Below are positions 7,468 through 9,631 of a stretch of DNA of 9,631 nucleotides, piece after piece. The DNA comes from a virus (lineage: Duplodnaviria > Heunggongvirae > Uroviricota > Caudoviricetes): the IMG/VR virus record IMGVR_UViG_2737471845_000027; one strand, given 5' to 3'. How positions within the stretch are numbered: the stretch's first letter is position 1; every line of letters starts with the position of its first letter. The notes beneath the pieces are model-generated. The model saw only the letters and a program-made list of their open reading frames with translations, did no database searches and was not told the origin of the DNA. The translations under genes and the position numbers were made by a program.

Positions 7468-7573
7468 GTTGCATTATATCCAAATTAGAACTTCATAGCT
7501 GATTATTAAAAATCAATCACGTCCGCCAGTATTCTGTATATTTACTGGCGGTCATATCGTAAGAGGTATGGCA

Positions 7574-7855
7574 ATGAATCTTGTGACACTCAAAACGTGG
7601 GGGAAACTCAGATATCCGGATAATCCACCATCAATATCAACGCTGAGACGATGGGCAAGGAATGGAAACATTTATCCTGCACCTGAACTACACGGGAGGA
7701 GTTACAGGGTGGTTCCGGAGGCTTTCTATATCAACCCAAATAAGGTTGATACCGATATAACACACCATCAGCCTAATGGGCGACAAGGGAGAGACAGTCC
7801 GTTACTGGAGAAGTTAAAACATGCAGCGGAAAAAATACGATCCCAATTTGCCTAA
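7574..7855 (+). CDS. xis: Excisionase (lambda Xis-like)
   Basis: Track ORF 7568..7855; AAGAGG at 7561..7566 favours the second ATG (7574). Motif ISTLRRWARNGNIYPAPELHGRSYRVVPEAF resembles lambda Xis. The 3' end overlaps the int start, as in lambda. Confidence 0.75.
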   Translation: MNLVTLKTWGKLRYPDNPPSISTLRRWARNGNIYPAPELHGRSYRVVPEAFYINPNKVDTDITHHQPNGRQGRDSPLLEKLKHAAEKIRSQFA

Positions 7856-8897
7856 AAACTTAACATATCGAAGGAGGGACAAAGCATATTACTGGCGCAA
7901 CCCTCTGACGAAAGAAGAATTTACACTAGGTAAAATTTCAAGAAGAGATGCAGTAGCGCAGGCAATTGAAGCAAATCATTATATATACAAAAACTACTCT
8001 CCTGCTGCCTTAATTGAAAAGCTTAAAGGGTTCGACTCATTTACTATGGCAGACTGGATTGAACGTTACAAAACGATTCTTATAAGGAGAAAAGTGTCCA
8101 GAAATACTTATAAAATCCGGGTAAATCAACTGGAGACAATAAAAGAAAAATTGGGAGAGATTTTACTGACAGAAATAACCACTCGCCATATTGCCGAGTT
8201 TCTTGATTTGTGGATTGAAGGAGGGAAAAACACAATGGCAGGATCAATGCGTTCTGTGTTGTCTGATATGTTTCGCGAGGCCATTGTTGAAGGACGTATA
8301 TCTCAAAATCCAGTCACGCCAACAAGAGCACCGAAAATAGTAGTTACAAGAGAACGACTGAAACTAAAGACATACAACTGCATCAGGGAGGCAGCAGATC
8401 AACTTCCGGCATGGTTCCCATTAGCTATGGATTTAGCCCTTGTAACAGGACAACGTCGCGAAGACATAACGAATATGCGGTTCAGTGATATTTATGATGA
8501 CCGTCTCCACATCAGGCAAATTAAGACAGGAATGATGATTGCTATCCCTCTGTCACTCAGCCTTCCTGTCGCTGGTCTACGGCTTGGTACAGTAGTTGAA
8601 CGATGCCGCCTGGTAAGCCGGGGAGATTATCTAATCAGTGCCGGGATTAGAAAAAACAGCCCTGACGGCAGCATTCACCCGGATGGCCTGACAAAAAAAT
8701 TTGTCGCAGCCAGAAAATTAACAGGTATCCAGTTCAGTGAAAACCCACCAACTTTTCACGAGATCAGAAGTCTGGCTGGACGATTGTACAAAGAAACATG
8801 TGGAGAAGAATTTGCCCAGCGCCTACTTGGTCACACATCGGAGAAGACAACAAAAATGTATCTTGATGAGCGAGAAAAAACGTACTTACTGCTCTGA
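7821..8897 (+). CDS. int: Tyrosine site-specific integrase (lambda Int family)
   Basis: 358 aa. Conserved blocks [12 protein letters not shown] (Arg), [10 protein letters not shown] (His-x-x-Arg) and [13 protein letters not shown] (His and catalytic Tyr). Last gene before the host junction. Confidence 0.9.
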   Translation: MQRKKYDPNLPKNLTYRRRDKAYYWRNPLTKEEFTLGKISRRDAVAQAIEANHYIYKNYSPAALIEKLKGFDSFTMADWIERYKTILIRRKVSRNTYKIRVNQLETIKEKLGEILLTEITTRHIAEFLDLWIEGGKNTMAGSMRSVLSDMFREAIVEGRISQNPVTPTRAPKIVVTRERLKLKTYNCIREAADQLPAWFPLAMDLALVTGQRREDITNMRFSDIYDDRLHIRQIKTGMMIAIPLSLSLPVAGLRLGTVVERCRLVSRGDYLISAGIRKNSPDGSIHPDGLTKKFVAARKLTGIQFSENPPTFHEIRSLAGRLYKETCGEEFAQRLLGHTSEKTTKMYLDEREKTYLLL

Positions 8898-8962
8898 TTT
8901 TAACGTAAATGGATTGTTAAATGTATATTGGTTGTGATATAACCAAAAAAGACCGGAATACA

Positions 8963-8994
8963 GAAATTCGAGTAAATTTCGGGGAATTTCGGGG
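8963..8994 (+). repeat. Three tandem 10-11-bp direct repeats; candidate Int arm-type (P'-like) sites
   Basis: gaaattcgag (8963..8972), aatttcgggg (8975..8984), aatttcgggg (8985..8994). Located between int and the predicted core, as P'1-P'3 are in lambda attP. Confidence 0.5.
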
Positions 8995-9002
8995 AGACGC
9001 TT

Positions 9003-9015
9003 GCAACTAATTGAT
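9003..9015 (-). promoter_or_regulatory. IHF-consensus site (H'-like) between the arm repeats and the predicted core
   Basis: Minus-strand sequence aATCAAttagTTg matches WATCAANNNNTTR exactly. Confidence 0.4.
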
Positions 9016-9028
9016 TTTAAATACAATT

Positions 9029-9131
9029 AAAAAGAGACCGAATACGATTCCTGTATTCGGTCCAGGGAAATGGCTCTTGGGAGAGAGCCGTGCGCTAAAA
9101 GTTGGCATTAATGCAGGCTTAGTTGCCTTGC
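9029..9131 (-). ncRNA. sdsR: SdsR (RyeB) sigma-S-dependent small RNA
   Basis: Minus strand reads GCAAGGCAACTAAGCCTGCATTAATGCCAACTTTTAGCGCACGGCTCTCTCCCAAGAGCCATTTCCCTGGACCGAATACAGGAATCGTATTCGGTCTCTTTTT, which I recognise as SdsR. 3' terminator hairpin spans 9036..9062, followed by a T-run. Confidence 0.8.
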
Positions 9132-9134
9132 CCT

Positions 9135-9145
9135 TTAAGAATAGA
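9135..9145 (-). promoter_or_regulatory. Sigma-S-type extended -10 element for sdsR
   Basis: Minus strand TCTATTCTTAA, close to the sigma-S -10 consensus TCTATACTTAA, ending 4 nt before the SdsR 5' end. Confidence 0.55.
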
Positions 9146-9218
9146 TGACGACGCCAGGTTTTCCAGTTTGCGTGCAAAATGGTCAATAAAAAGCGTGGTG
9201 GTCATCAGCTGAAATGTT

Positions 9219-9260
9219 AAAAACCGCCCGTTCTGGTGAAAGAACTGAGGCGGTTTTTTT
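9219..9260. terminator. Bidirectional rho-independent terminator (yebY on the minus strand; plus-strand transcripts)
   Basis: Two-tier hairpin ccgcc/ggcgg plus gttct/agaac, with an A-run at 9219..9223 and a T-run at 9254..9260. Lies 30 nt beyond the yebY stop. Confidence 0.75.
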
Positions 9261-9289
9261 ATTGGAAATCAAAAGGCTATTTTAGGTAA

Positions 9290-9631
9290 TTAACAGAGTT
9301 TTTCAGCTCGTTCTATAAACGGTGCCAGACTCATTTTTTCGCCGGGATTGTTAGGATCATCAATCTGAATCACCGAAATGGGTTGGGCTTTAGTCTTCCC
9401 ACTGGCAACTTCCTTTTGTGCGATATCGTTTAAAGGATACTGCACGAGGGTACTTGGGTTAATGGCATACAAAGCATTACCCGGTCTGCAAGTCAGCATC
9501 ACCTCTTCGCGATTAAACGCCCATTTGTCTTTACCCACTTCAAAACGACTGACGGTAATCACCTGCGGTGCAGCCAGCGCCGCTGCAGAACTGGTGAGTA
9601 ACAGAAACGTCAGAATACTTTTTTTCATCAT
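9290..9631 (-). CDS. yebY: YebY-like secreted protein with Sec signal peptide (host chromosomal gene)
   Basis: 113-aa ORF. N-terminus [22 protein letters not shown] is a signal peptide with an AxA cleavage motif. Sequence recognised as YebY. Start codon sits at the window edge, so RBS and promoter are off-window. Confidence 0.85.
   Translation of the reverse strand: MMKKSILTFLLLTSSAAALAAPQVITVSRFEVGKDKWAFNREEVMLTCRPGNALYAINPSTLVQYPLNDIAQKEVASGKTKAQPISVIQIDDPNNPGEKMSLAPFIERAEKLC

Larger units (their letters stand above)
1..9050. mobile_element. Rac-like lambdoid prophage, immunity/early-left/integration end; left side continues beyond the window, right boundary approximate (predicted inside the sdsR 3' hairpin)
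   Basis: Contiguous lambdoid gene order (cro-like, repressor, sieB, kilR, recE, recT, ralR, xis, int) ending in a tyrosine integrase, then host sRNA sdsR and yebY. Boundary inferred from att architecture, not from a second junction. Confidence 0.8.
9030..9260 (+). ncRNA. ryeA: Candidate RyeA/SraC-type antisense RNA covering sdsR; 5' end uncertain
   Basis: Plus-strand promoter-like TTGCAA (9001..9006) and TACAAT (9022..9027) with a short 15-bp spacer; plus-strand terminator at 9219..9260. RyeA is known to be encoded opposite SdsR. Ends not verifiable from sequence. Confidence 0.3.

Noticed and set aside
8737-8937. 66-aa plus-strand track ORF overlapping the int 3' end
   Set aside because: Out of frame with int, no RBS, and it runs into the att repeat region.
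9036-9062. Inverted repeat gaccgaatac-N7-gtattcggtc considered as a pair of Int arm-type sites
   Set aside because: It is the rho-independent terminator hairpin of SdsR on the minus strand, though the att core may still lie within it.
1-9631. CRISPR arrays, IS elements or transposase genes
   Set aside because: No regularly spaced direct repeats beyond the two 10-bp copies at 8975..8994, and no transposase-like ORF or terminal inverted repeats.

Overview
This window reads as the immunity / early-left / integration end of a Rac-like lambdoid prophage, followed by its junction with host DNA at the sdsR (ryeB) sRNA locus next to yebY. Gene order is ydaT' <- ydaS <- | -> racR -> ydaF -> ydaG, sieB <-, then kilR-ydaE-racC-recE-recT-ralR-ydaC-xis-int on the + strand. 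All protein and RNA identifications rest on my recognition of the translated ORFs and of the SdsR sequence; no database search was run. The integrase is lambda-Int-like and the junction is not at ttcA, where I recall K-12 Rac sitting. I did not find an obviously new multi-gene protein system. The items most worth follow-up are: (1) an attL with lambda-like architecture (three tandem arm-type repeats, an IHF consensus, core predicted inside the SdsR terminator hairpin); (2) a candidate operator motif TCAC-N5-GTGA present three times around racR; (3) the tiny coupled ydaF-ydaG pair in the slot equivalent to lambda rexAB; (4) a 535-bp GC-rich non-coding block upstream of kilR; (5) a minus-strand terminator with a promoter-like element just upstream of recE. 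No tRNA, rRNA, CRISPR array or IS element was seen.
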